Source of the DNA: Edaphobacter aggregans
GTDB lineage: Bacteria > Acidobacteriota > Terriglobia > Terriglobales > Acidobacteriaceae
Direction of reading: 5' to 3'
Length of the DNA stretch: 32,000 bases
NCBI RefSeq assembly: GCF_003945235.1
Contig: NZ_RSDW01000001.1
Location: 2,040,001 to 2,072,000 of the forward strand
Below are positions 9,835 to 18,981 of the stretch, piece after piece; the stretch's first letter is position 1; each line of letters begins with the position of its first letter. The translations under genes were made by a program, and so were the position numbers. Under the pieces are notes generated by a model. It did no database searches. It was not told the DNA's origin and worked only from the letters and a program-made list of their open reading frames with translations.

Positions 9835-12266
9835 ACAGCCCCTCCCCTTCCCCGCCCGCTTCCAACCGCAGTCGCACCATTCAGCTCCGCATCACTATCC
9901 ACCACCGTAGCCGCACGCAGCTCGATGATGAACCTCGCCCCCGCCGGAACATTCTTCTCCGCGCGAATCGTTCCCTGGTGCTCCTGAATAATCTTCGACG
10001 CAATTGCCAGTCCCAGCCCCGTGCCTCGCTGCTTGGTCGAAAAATAAGGCAGAAACAGCCGCTCTCTCATCTCGTCTGTCAGCCCCGAACCCGTATCCGC
10101 AATGGTCAGTTCAACCATGCCACTGTCGAGCAGCGCCGTGCCGATACGAAGCTCCCGCAGCAAACTCTGCTGCATGGCCTCCGCGGCATTGTCGATCAAA
10201 TTTCCCAGCGCCCGCTTCAAAGCCTCAGGATCCGCCATCACAAGCGGAAGGTCAGGACTCATCTTCTTCACCACGCGAATCGTCTGCATGCGCCCTGCAA
10301 ACAGCGCAAGTGAGTTCTCAACAATCGTGTTCAAATCCGCAGGCTTCGGCTTTGCCGTAGGAAACTCTGCCAGCGCCGAAAACTGATCCACCAACGAACG
10401 CATACTCTCCACCGACGAAGTAATCACCTCGCTGCATCGCCGAATCACCCCAGTCGACGTCGACTCAATCGCGCGTTCCTCGAGCGTATGCGCAAGCCGG
10501 TCAATATGCCGCCGAATCTGCTCCGCACTCAAACTGATCGGCGTCAGCGGATTTTTGATCTCATGCGCCACCCGTCGCGCAACCTCCTTCCACGCCGACT
10601 GCTTCTGCGCCCGCAGCAGCTCCGTCGCGTTCTCCAGCACCAGCACATAACCCTGATGCTCCCGCCGCATCCCACCCGGCATCTCCAGCAGCGCGACCGT
10701 AGCCAACAGATTCATCGCGCCGCCGAAGCGGTCATTCCCAGCGCCCGAAACCTCAAGCTCGCTCGAAGCCGACCCCATCCGATGGCTGCGGTTGATCAGC
10801 CGATCGATCACCTCCACCACCTCAGCTGGAAACACCTCCGCCATCGAACGCCCCACGAACGACCGCTGCCCCCCCGGATCCATCATTTCGGTCAGCGCAC
10901 GATTCGTCAGCATGATGCGACGGTCCGCATCCATCGTGGCGACTCCATTCGGAATCGTCTCCAGCATCGTCTCCAACTCGCTCCTCCGCGCCTCCAGCGT
11001 GGCGTTCGCCGCACTCAACTGCACCGTCGACTCATCCACCGCGCGCCGGCTTCCTTCAAGATCCGCGGCCATGTGATTGAAGCTGCGCACCAGCTCGCCC
11101 AATTCCTCCGTTGCGCTCTCCTTCACGCGATGCCCATAGTCGCCCGAGGCAATCGCATCCATCGCATCGGCCAGGGCCTCCACCGGCTTCGTCACCTGCT
11201 TCGACAGATGCAACGCCAGCCAGGTTGCCGCAAACAGCGCCAACCCAGTCATCATCAGCAGCAGAATCGTATACAGGCTCCTGACCTGCCGCCGCTCGCG
11301 AAATAGCGTCCAGTAATTGTCGGCCGCCGTACGCAGATGAGTCATCGTCGTGGACATGCCATATGGCATCGGTAGCCCGACCACGACCGTCCCACCCTGC
11401 TTCATCGTCGCCGTACCCAACGCAAAATCCGTCTGGTTCAGCGAAAAGACCGGTTCGTCATTCCGCTGCGCCGCGGCGAGAATCGCAGCATCGGTCGGAT
11501 CGCTGAAAGCATGGCCATCCGTTGCATCGGACGTGCCGCTGCCATCTTCATCCACCGTCTTCTCCGGCAGCCACGGCTTCACCTGCGCCGTCGCTCCCTC
11601 GCGCTGCGGCATCTGGAAGGAGGCCATCACCTTTCCATTGCGATAGACGATCACAAAACCGTTTTGCAACGTAATCTCATGCTGGCGCAGAACACTCTCG
11701 ACGGTCTCGCGGTCGTGACGGGCGGCAGCAGGATGCGTCGCACCGTGCCCTGCATCCGCAGTCGGAGACGATGCACTCTCCAGCAGGCTCGACGCAATAG
11801 ATTCCGCCTCAGCTCGTGCATTCGCCGTCGTATAACGAGCCAGTTCCAGCGCCATCCGGTTGCTGTCGTCGCGCATTTCCGTCACCGGTTGCGAGAACCA
11901 CCGGTCAACCGACCGATTCATCAGCCCATAGCTGAAGGCCACCATGAACGCAATCGGCACCAGCGAAACCAGCACCGCACCAGTCAGCATCCTCGTACGC
12001 AGATGCGAGCCCAACACGCGGCTCCGCTGTTCGGCATACAGCTTCAGCACATTACGGACCAGCAGCACCAGTACCGCGACAAACAGCAGAAACGCGACCG
12101 CCGACAGCCCCGTAAACACAAAGGTCTGCTCCGTGGTCGAAGGCGTAAGGAAGCTCACCTCGCGATTGAAGGCATTCAGCGCAATCAAGGCGATCAGCAG
12201 CACCAGCAGGCAGACGCCCAGCATGATGCTCAGAATCTTCCGATTCACACGGATCGCCACAGCCAC
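9831..12266 (-). CDS. ntrY: NtrY-type sensor histidine kinase (TM - HAMP - PAS - HisKA - HATPase)
   Basis: 811 aa with N-terminal TM helices. The H-box ARRVAHEIKNPLTPISLSAEQIRRH matches the NtrY-type AHEIKNPLTPI signature as I recall it. ATPase boxes are NLIDNAAEA, DTGSG and GTGLGL. The track start is GTG 12266; GTG 12260 has better spacing from a GAGGAGG Shine-Dalgarno. Confidence 0.88.
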   Translation of the reverse strand: MAVAIRVNRKILSIMLGVCLLVLLIALIALNAFNREVSFLTPSTTEQTFVFTGLSAVAFLLFVAVLVLLVRNVLKLYAEQRSRVLGSHLRTRMLTGAVLVSLVPIAFMVAFSYGLMNRSVDRWFSQPVTEMRDDSNRMALELARYTTANARAEAESIASSLLESASSPTADAGHGATHPAAARHDRETVESVLRQHEITLQNGFVIVYRNGKVMASFQMPQREGATAQVKPWLPEKTVDEDGSGTSDATDGHAFSDPTDAAILAAAQRNDEPVFSLNQTDFALGTATMKQGGTVVVGLPMPYGMSTTMTHLRTAADNYWTLFRERRQVRSLYTILLLMMTGLALFAATWLALHLSKQVTKPVEALADAMDAIASGDYGHRVKESATEELGELVRSFNHMAADLEGSRRAVDESTVQLSAANATLEARRSELETMLETIPNGVATMDADRRIMLTNRALTEMMDPGGQRSFVGRSMAEVFPAEVVEVIDRLINRSHRMGSASSELEVSGAGNDRFGGAMNLLATVALLEMPGGMRREHQGYVLVLENATELLRAQKQSAWKEVARRVAHEIKNPLTPISLSAEQIRRHIDRLAHTLEERAIESTSTGVIRRCSEVITSSVESMRSLVDQFSALAEFPTAKPKPADLNTIVENSLALFAGRMQTIRVVKKMSPDLPLVMADPEALKRALGNLIDNAAEAMQQSLLRELRIGTALLDSGMVELTIADTGSGLTDEMRERLFLPYFSTKQRGTGLGLAIASKIIQEHQGTIRAEKNVPAGARFIIELRAATVVDSDAELNGATAVGSGRGRGGAV

Positions 12267-12334
12267 CCTCCTCAGTCTCCCGATTATAGGCGTGGCCCAT
12301 CGCTCTCAAAAACAGCGCAGCATCGCGATACCAG

Positions 12335-13447
12335 CTACACCAACTCCGCCACGCCCTTCCACTCCTTCTTCTGCGCCGCCGCAACCGCCCCATACGTCAG
12401 GACACCTTTGAAGGTGTTGACTCCTTCAGCAATCCCCTTGTCCTCACGGATCGCCGCCTCAGCGCCCAGCTTAGCCAGCTTCAGCACATACGGAAACGTC
12501 GCATTCGTCAGCGCCAGCGTCGACGTATTCGGCACCGCAGCCGGCATATTCGTCACGCAGTAGTGCACCACGCCATTCACTTCATACGAAGGATTGCTGT
12601 GCGTCGTAGGATGCGCCGTCTCGATGCACCCACCCTGATCGATCGCCACATCGACAATCACCGCACCCCTCTTCATCTTGTGAACCATCGCCTTCGTAAC
12701 AATCTTCGGCGCAGCCGCCCCCGGAATTAGCACCCCGCCGATCAGCAGATCCGCCTCACACGTAGCGCGCTCGATGTTGTAGCTGTTCGAAGCCATCGTG
12801 AACACCCGTCCATTGAAGATGTCATCCAGCTCCCGCAGGCGATTCAAATTCAAGTCGATCAGCGTGACCTTCGCACCCATGCCCAGCGCAACCTTCGCTG
12901 CATTGGTCCCCACAATCCCGCCGCCGATAATGCAAACATTCCCCGGAGGCACCCCCGGCACGCCACCCAGCAGCAACCCGCGCCCGCCATGCTCCTTCGT
13001 CAGATACTCCGCGCCCACCTGCACGCTCAACCGCCCCGCGACCTCGCTCATCGGAGTCAACAGCGGCAGTCCTCCCATGCGGTCCCGAACCGTCTCGTAC
13101 GCAATCCCCGTAACCTTGTTCGTCAATAGTGCATCCGTCAACTCGGTCAACGGAGCAAGGTGCAGATAAGTAAACAACACCAGCCCCTCGCGAAAGTGCC
13201 GATACTCCTTCTCGACCGGCTCCTTCACTTTCACAACCATCTCAGCCAATCGCCAAACATCATGGGCAGAGCCCACAATCTCCGCACCCGCCGCCTGATA
13301 CTCATCGTCCGGCATCGCTGAGAGCACACCGGCGTCATGCTCCACCAGCACCGTATGCCCGGCCTCCACCAGGGCTTTCGCACCCGCCGGGGTCACACCA
13401 ACACGGCTCTCGTTGTCCTTTACTTCCTTGGGTACACCAATGACCAT
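12335..13447 (-). CDS. ald: L-alanine dehydrogenase
   Basis: 370 aa beginning MVIGVPKEVKDNESRVGVTPAG..., with the NAD-binding loop IIGGGIVGTNAA. It looks like full-length AlaDH/PNT family. A GGAGGA Shine-Dalgarno precedes the ATG. Confidence 0.92.
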   Translation of the reverse strand: MVIGVPKEVKDNESRVGVTPAGAKALVEAGHTVLVEHDAGVLSAMPDDEYQAAGAEIVGSAHDVWRLAEMVVKVKEPVEKEYRHFREGLVLFTYLHLAPLTELTDALLTNKVTGIAYETVRDRMGGLPLLTPMSEVAGRLSVQVGAEYLTKEHGGRGLLLGGVPGVPPGNVCIIGGGIVGTNAAKVALGMGAKVTLIDLNLNRLRELDDIFNGRVFTMASNSYNIERATCEADLLIGGVLIPGAAAPKIVTKAMVHKMKRGAVIVDVAIDQGGCIETAHPTTHSNPSYEVNGVVHYCVTNMPAAVPNTSTLALTNATFPYVLKLAKLGAEAAIREDKGIAEGVNTFKGVLTYGAVAAAQKKEWKGVAELV

Positions 13448-13652
13448 TATTTCCTCCGCTACGCCAATATTTGATTGTATCTATTCATCTGCACTGGACG
13501 TAAAGATCCCAGGTGGATGAAACAGCAGCGCATACCACGATTGTCTCTCGGTTGGAAGCAGGCCTGGATGCTATCCTGCCGTATCTCTTTTTGGAAGCCT
13601 CCTCATTGTCCTGGCCACACTCTGGCCCATCGCAGAAGAGCGGAAAAAATAC

Positions 13653-15326
13653 ATGCCCGGCATAGAGCTCGCATCTATCACCAAGGACGTCGCCTCCACG
13701 CAAACCAACCCTTCGGCAGAAGACACTCCTCTCTCTAATCGTGTCACATCTCGCACACGAGGCCTCGTCGCCTTCTCGGTCGCCTTCTATCTTCTTCTCG
13801 CTATCGTCATACTGATAAGCATCCTCCACAAGACTGGTGGAACCTTCGTCTATCCCCTCGACGACCCCTATATCCACCTCGCAATGGCAGAGCAGTTGGT
13901 CCACGGTCACTACGGCATCAATACGGTAGAAGCTTCGTCGCCGTCCTCCAGCATCCTGTGGCCGCTGCTTCTGATACCGTTCGCCGGAACGTCCTGGCAG
14001 GTCTATCTTCCGCTCGCATGGAATCTGCTCTTCGGCTTGGCGAGTGCCGGCTTGATAGGCGCTGTAGTCGCGGGCTGGCCGGGCGGCTCTGCGCTCGCCA
14101 CTCAAAAAACACCATGGTGGCAGCAGGCAGTGATCGCCACTCTTCTGATCCTGCTGGCGAATCTTGTCAGCCTCACCTTCATTGGAATGGAGCATGTGCT
14201 TCAGGTCATGCTCTCTCTCTGCTGCGCTATTGGAATGCTGGAGGCGATGGAAGGCCGAACAATGCCGTCATGGTCTCTCGCCGCTGCCATCATCGCCCCT
14301 ATGGTCCGCTACGAGGATCTGGCACTCACCGTCGCTGTTGCCATTGGTCTCATTGGGCTAAAGCAGGGCAGAAAAGCAGCTATCGTGCTCGCAGGTAGCG
14401 TAGTACCCCTGATTGGCTTCAGCCTCTTCCTCAAAGCCAAAGGTCTGCCCATCCTGCCAACCTCCGTCCTTGTGAAAGGTGGCGCCTATAAGACCGGCAC
14501 CTCTCCGGTCATGAGTCTGCTGTCTGGCATCCGCGAGAACGTCATTCAGGACCTCCAGCATCTCGAACGCGCGTCCATGGCGCTGCTCCTGCTCATCCTG
14601 CTGGTGCTTCTCTGGCGCGAACGCTCCCGGACACGAAGATTTGTCATCGGCGGTGCCGCCTGGGTGGCGGCCATCCAACTTCTGATTGGACGATTCGGCT
14701 GGTTTCACCGCTACGAAGTCTATGCGTTCATCTTCGTCGCGCTGATCTTGGTGCGGATCTTGGCAGAAAAGCCAACGACGTTCCGGTTCGCCCTCGTCGC
14801 CTTCCTCCTCCTGTTCTGCGCACGGCCCTACATCCTGGGAACGTTGATGACTCCGCGCGGATCCTTCGAGGTCTACGAACAGCAGTATCAGATGCATCGC
14901 TTTATGACCGGCTTCTATGGCCACGACGTCGCACTCAACGATCTCGGCCTGGTCAGTTACCAGCGCCCGGCTGGAGTCTATGTGCTGGATCTCTTCGGTC
15001 TCGCATCACCCGAGGCCTCGCGCCAGGTCGATAAGACTGCGCCGTGGCTGGACGATATCGTCCAACGGCATGGAGTTCACATGGCCATGCTCTATCCAGC
15101 GTGGTTCCAGATTCCTTCATCCTGGACGCCCCTCGCGAAGTTGTGTCTCGATCGGCCCCATCAGGTCGTCTCGGAAAGCTGCGTCGTCTTCTACAGCACG
15201 TCGGCTCCAACCCTGGAGCAGACCCGCGCCGCCGTGGCCCGCTTCGCCCGGACTGTCCCGCCACCTGCTGTCTTCTCGCTCTATCCGGAAAGGCCTGCGG
15301 AAATCGAGCATTCTCCTCCAAGATAG
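13653..15326 (+). CDS. Large polytopic membrane protein of unknown function (possibly GT-C-like glycosyltransferase)
   Basis: 557 aa with many hydrophobic segments. An acidic loop after the first TM (YPLDDPYIHLAMAEQ) resembles the first-loop acidic motif of GT-C enzymes. A soluble C-terminal domain of about 130 aa follows. Function is not assignable from sequence alone. Confidence 0.6.
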   Translation: MPGIELASITKDVASTQTNPSAEDTPLSNRVTSRTRGLVAFSVAFYLLLAIVILISILHKTGGTFVYPLDDPYIHLAMAEQLVHGHYGINTVEASSPSSSILWPLLLIPFAGTSWQVYLPLAWNLLFGLASAGLIGAVVAGWPGGSALATQKTPWWQQAVIATLLILLANLVSLTFIGMEHVLQVMLSLCCAIGMLEAMEGRTMPSWSLAAAIIAPMVRYEDLALTVAVAIGLIGLKQGRKAAIVLAGSVVPLIGFSLFLKAKGLPILPTSVLVKGGAYKTGTSPVMSLLSGIRENVIQDLQHLERASMALLLLILLVLLWRERSRTRRFVIGGAAWVAAIQLLIGRFGWFHRYEVYAFIFVALILVRILAEKPTTFRFALVAFLLLFCARPYILGTLMTPRGSFEVYEQQYQMHRFMTGFYGHDVALNDLGLVSYQRPAGVYVLDLFGLASPEASRQVDKTAPWLDDIVQRHGVHMAMLYPAWFQIPSSWTPLAKLCLDRPHQVVSESCVVFYSTSAPTLEQTRAAVARFARTVPPPAVFSLYPERPAEIEHSPPR

Positions 15327-15526
15327 GCTCGGCTATAATCCCTCGAAGCACGTCTCCGTCCTTCGAAACAGCCCGTGAATACGACTCTGGACTCGTTCCT
15401 GGTCGGCATGAACTCACAGCCAATCGCCCGGAAGCCGTACAATGGAACCTAGTCTCTCCTCCAGAGGAACAAACTCTCCGAATGTCTTCGAACACGTTTC
15501 AGACGCGTTATTCCCGCATCCACAAC

Positions 15527-16546
15527 ATGCGGTCACTTTTCAGCCTTTTTTCCAGCGACCTGGCAATTGACCTTGGTACAGCAAACACCCTCGTCTTCGC
15601 CCATGGCAAAGGCATCATCGTCAACGAGCCCTCCATCATCGCCGTCAACAAAGTCACCAACGAAGTCGAGGCCGTAGGCAAGGAAGCCAAGGAGATGCTC
15701 GGGCGCACTCCCGGCAACATCGTCGCCATCAAGCCCATGAAGGATGGCGTTATCGCCGACTTCCGCCACACCGAAAAGATGCTTAACTACTTCATCCAGA
15801 AGGCCCACAACCGCAAAATGATGGTGCACCCCCGCATCGTCATCGGCGTGCCCTCTGAGATCACACAGGTAGAAAAGCGCGCCGTCATGGACTCCGCCTA
15901 CCGCGCCAAAGCCTCCGAGGTCCACCTCGTCGAGCAGGCCATGGTCGCCGCCATCGGCGCCGGTCTTCCCATCACCGAGCCCGGCGGCAATATGGTCGTC
16001 GACATCGGCGGCGGCACCACCGACATCGCCGTCATCTCGCTCGCCGGCATCGTCTACTCGCGCTCCGTACGCATGGCCGGGAACCAGATGGACGAGGCGG
16101 TCATGACCTACCTCAAGCGCAAATACAACCTCCTCATCGGCGAGCGTACCGCCGAGCAAATCAAGATCCAGCTCGGTTCCGCCTTCCCCCTCGACAAGCC
16201 CCTCGAAATGGAGGTCAAGGGCCGCAACCTCATCGAAGGCGTCCCCAAGACCATCACCATCGAGGACTCCGAGATCCGCGAAGCCCTCTCCGAGTGCATC
16301 GCCACCATCATCAACGCCATCCGCGTAGCCCTCGAGCGAACCCCGCCCGAACTCTCCGCCGATATCTCCGACCGCGGCATCGTCCTAACCGGTGGCGGCG
16401 CTCTCATCAAGAACCTCGACAAGCGCATCCGCGAAGAAACCGGCCTCCCGGTCTCCATTGCCGACGACCCTCTGGCCTCCGTAGTCCTTGGAACCGGCAA
16501 GATGCTCTCCGACTTCAAGCTCCTCCGCAAGATCTCGATCGACTAA
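15527..16546 (+). CDS. mreB: Actin-like rod-shape protein MreB
   Basis: The track ORF (15044-16546) is over-extended. Homology starts at MRSLFSLFSSDLAIDLGTANTLVFAHGKGIIVNEPS (ATG 15527; alternative in-frame ATG 15482). VVDIGGGTTDIAV and LTGGGALIKNLD are present. Confidence 0.93.
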   Translation: MRSLFSLFSSDLAIDLGTANTLVFAHGKGIIVNEPSIIAVNKVTNEVEAVGKEAKEMLGRTPGNIVAIKPMKDGVIADFRHTEKMLNYFIQKAHNRKMMVHPRIVIGVPSEITQVEKRAVMDSAYRAKASEVHLVEQAMVAAIGAGLPITEPGGNMVVDIGGGTTDIAVISLAGIVYSRSVRMAGNQMDEAVMTYLKRKYNLLIGERTAEQIKIQLGSAFPLDKPLEMEVKGRNLIEGVPKTITIEDSEIREALSECIATIINAIRVALERTPPELSADISDRGIVLTGGGALIKNLDKRIREETGLPVSIADDPLASVVLGTGKMLSDFKLLRKISID

Positions 16547-16572
16547 GATTCGCCGGAGTTTGACCTTCTGAA

Positions 16573-16607
16573 GACCTGCAGAGAGCGACCGCGAGCTCCT
16601 GCAGGTC
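16573..16607. repeat. Perfect 9-bp inverted repeat GACCTGCAG / CTGCAGGTC with a 17-nt spacer
   Basis: Left arm 16573-16581, right arm 16599-16607. It lies 27 nt downstream of the mreB stop. No T-tract follows, so it is not a canonical intrinsic terminator. Confidence 0.6.
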
Positions 16608-16623
16608 ATCGTGCGTAGTCGCA

Positions 16624-16676
16624 GCCGTTGCGTTTGCCTTTCTTGCTTGTCATCCCCGAAGAGGATCTGCTTTTGC
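16624..16676 (-). repeat. A/C-rich hairpin element, copy D (diverged, minus orientation)
   Basis: The reverse complement reads GCAAAAGCAGATCCTCTTCGGGGATGACAAGCAAGAAAGGCAAACGCAACGGC. This matches the core CAGCAG-ATCCC..GGGAT-GACAAGCAAGAAA.GCAAA of copies A, B and C. Confidence 0.7.
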
Positions 16677-16741
16677 ATCTAGAGACCCAAGGCTTTAGCC
16701 CCCGGGGTATGCCCTTTTCGTCGCCAAACGCAAGCCAGCCC

Positions 16742-17010
16742 GCTGTCAAGCCAAAAACACCCCTATCCAACATCAAATCAATAAAATCCACTCGCCGAAT
16801 AATTACCCTCATTTCGCTATACTGAAAAGAAGAACCAAGAAAAGCCCGGCCAAACACTGGGCTTTATGTTTTACCACCATAAACCTTTTAGATCAAATAC
16901 CTTGCACACTAAGACCCAATAAAATCAATACCTTAGCCGCGAAAGAAAGCTAGTCCAAACCTAAACCCAATAATTCGAAGACTTTACGAATTAAAGTATG
17001 GGGTGGGGGT
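16742..17010 (-). repeat. Modular intergenic element, copy R1 (starts 5 nt after the corC stop, same orientation as corC)
   Basis: The reverse complement aligns by hand with 20323-20595 over about 270 nt. Shared parts, in order: a C-rich box, three AAAGTATT...GGTTTAG units, a GC hairpin with T-tract, the TAGCGAAATGAG.G.AATTATT / ATTGATT.GATG.TGG spacer, and GGCTTGACAG. Confidence 0.8.
16841..16873. terminator. Hairpin plus T-tract inside R1; probable terminator of the phoH-ybeY-corC operon, possibly bidirectional
   Basis: AAAGCCC (16841-16847) pairs with GGGCTTT (16859-16865) around an 11-nt loop. The minus strand continues CTTTTCTTGGTTCTTCTTTT and the plus strand continues ATGTTTT. Confidence 0.5.
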
Positions 17011-17014
17011 GCTC

Positions 17015-18397
17015 CTAAGCCGCAGACGGATGCTGCAGACTCACCCGGATCCGGTCGATCCGCCGGTCAGTCGAGGCCAGAACCTCAAGCCGCAACCCAT
17101 CCTCTTCCACAACCTCTCCAGGCAGAGGAATGTGGCCAGCAATCTCCGAGACCAGGCCCCCTAGCGTAGTGGACTCGTAGCTCTCGGAGAGTCGTAGCGC
17201 AGGCTCGTCTCTGGAGTCACGAAGGTCGTACTCCTCCGGCGAGTCGGCTGGATTATGAGCCTCCCCATTCTCCGCCCCCCGGCGCCCCGATGCCTCGAAC
17301 TGGTCGGCAAAAAGATCGCGCAACCGCGAAAGCTCAAAGCTGCCGGAGACGACATATGACCCGCCAACCTCACGGACCGGCGTATCGTCCGCCTCGGTCT
17401 CATCATGCTCATCGGCGATGTTGCCGACGATGGCCTCCAGCAGGTCCTCAATAGTGACCAACCCGGCCACACTGCCGTACTCATCGATCACGATGCGCAT
17501 ATGCTGCTTCTCGCCCTGCATCTCGCGCAAAAGCTCGGCGACCTTCTTGATCTCAGGGACGAACGCCGCAGGCCGTTGGATCTCCGCAACCTTGCGAGTT
17601 CCTGCCTCTGCATCAAGCACCTTCAGCAGATCGTGGGCGAAGGCGATTCCGGTCACCTGGTCCAGGGTCCCAGAATAAACCGGGACTCGCGAGAAGGCGC
17701 GCTCATTGATCTCTGCCGTGAACTCCCGCAGCGTGAGCGTAGCCGGAACGGCAAATATCTCCGGCCGCGGAGTCATCACCTCGCGGACCACCTTGTCGCC
17801 GAACTCCACCACCGAGCGCACAAGCTCGCGATCCGACTCCTCGAGGATGCCTTCCTCCTCCCCGGCCTCGAGCAAAGCCTCCATCGCCTCGGATGGATGT
17901 TCCTGCACTTGCGTATCCTCAGGCTCCGCCAGCGCGGCGATCGAGAGCAGCAACTGCAGCAGCAGCGTAATCGGTAGCACGACATAGAAGAGCGCCTGAA
18001 CCAGAACCCGGATACGGGCCACCCAAAGCCCCCGCGTCCGAGTAAAAAGCAACTGCGGCAACAAGCGGTCAAAGATGAGAATCAGTAGGATCAGCTCAAA
18101 CGCAGTCCTAACGATCTCCCAGAATCCGGGATTGTGATTTGCCGCAGTATAGAGATGCAACCCAAAGAGCAGCGCCAACGCTGTCAGCGCAAACTGACGC
18201 AGAACCGAAGCCGAAAGTGCGATCGACTCGCGGCCCAGACGAAGCCGCGGCTCAACAACCTCTTCCCATGCATCGATGTTGTCCTGATACTCCCGCGACA
18301 GGAACTTGCCCATCTCAAAGTAGACACGATCGACATAAGCGGCCAGCGCCAGCACGGCCAGCAGCACAACGATGGTAAGCATGTATGCAGGAGTCAT
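17015..18397 (-). CDS. corC: CNNM/CorC/TlyC-family membrane protein (DUF21 TM domain + CBS pair + CorC_HlyC domain)
   Basis: 460 aa with N-terminal TM helices, a central CBS-pair region (VMTPRPEIFAV..., IVIDEYGSVAGLVTIEDLLEAIVG) and a C-terminal transporter-associated domain. It is the third gene of the conserved phoH-ybeY-corC arrangement. The symbol is used loosely. Confidence 0.85.
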   Translation of the reverse strand: MTPAYMLTIVVLLAVLALAAYVDRVYFEMGKFLSREYQDNIDAWEEVVEPRLRLGRESIALSASVLRQFALTALALLFGLHLYTAANHNPGFWEIVRTAFELILLILIFDRLLPQLLFTRTRGLWVARIRVLVQALFYVVLPITLLLQLLLSIAALAEPEDTQVQEHPSEAMEALLEAGEEEGILEESDRELVRSVVEFGDKVVREVMTPRPEIFAVPATLTLREFTAEINERAFSRVPVYSGTLDQVTGIAFAHDLLKVLDAEAGTRKVAEIQRPAAFVPEIKKVAELLREMQGEKQHMRIVIDEYGSVAGLVTIEDLLEAIVGNIADEHDETEADDTPVREVGGSYVVSGSFELSRLRDLFADQFEASGRRGAENGEAHNPADSPEEYDLRDSRDEPALRLSESYESTTLGGLVSEIAGHIPLPGEVVEEDGLRLEVLASTDRRIDRIRVSLQHPSAA

Positions 18398-18903
18398 ACT
18401 CGCCGCCCACGTTTGGAAGGAGCCGTACGAACCTGAGTTCGTCGCTTCTTAGCCTTCGGATCGTGAACCCGTTCGATCAGGGTCGTCGGAAGCCGAAGCT
18501 CGCGGCGAAGTTCCGCCTCACGAGCGGCCATCTCACCATCATCGGTCTCATGATCGAAACCACTGAGGTGAAGCAAGCCATGCAACAGCAGGATGCGAAC
18601 CTCGTCGCGCAGATCGTGCCCGTAGGCAGCAGCCTGACGCGCAGCAGTCTCCAGGGAGACGGCTAGATCGCCGGCATGGCTTTGGCTGATCTCATCCGGC
18701 GCTGGAAAGCTGAGAACGTCGGTCGGCTTGTTCTTGCCACGGAAGGCCTGGTTCAGCCGCTTGAGAGTCGAATCGTCGGCCAGCAGAACGTCAACTTCAC
18801 CCTCAAGCCCCACGCCACCACGGGCGCGGTTGAGGAAGCGCGTCAGACCAGCCTTTGACAGCGCGGAGATGGAGATACTACTTGGAGGTTCGATGGTAAT
18901 CAT
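18394..18903 (-). CDS. ybeY: Endoribonuclease YbeY (rRNA maturation factor)
   Basis: 169 aa with the zinc motif LLHGLLHLSGFDHE. Its stop overlaps the corC start in an ATGA overlap at 18394-18397. Confidence 0.92.
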   Translation of the reverse strand: MITIEPPSSISISALSKAGLTRFLNRARGGVGLEGEVDVLLADDSTLKRLNQAFRGKNKPTDVLSFPAPDEISQSHAGDLAVSLETAARQAAAYGHDLRDEVRILLLHGLLHLSGFDHETDDGEMAAREAELRRELRLPTTLIERVHDPKAKKRRTQVRTAPSKRGRRV

Positions 18904-18981
18904 CGGCGAGGAGGCGGATCAAAACATCGACAGAGGGCCTGGATCAGCCCTCTGTCGATGATGATATCGCATGTCACTCAA

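Noticed and set aside
15334-15339. Perfect TATAAT 8 nt after the membrane-protein stop and about 190 nt upstream of mreB; likewise a minus-strand TATAAT at 12285-12290 upstream of ntrY
   Set aside because: Neither has a convincing -35 at 16-18 nt; the best candidates are ATTCTC and TTGAGA at 15 nt. An isolated hexamer is insufficient to call a promoter.
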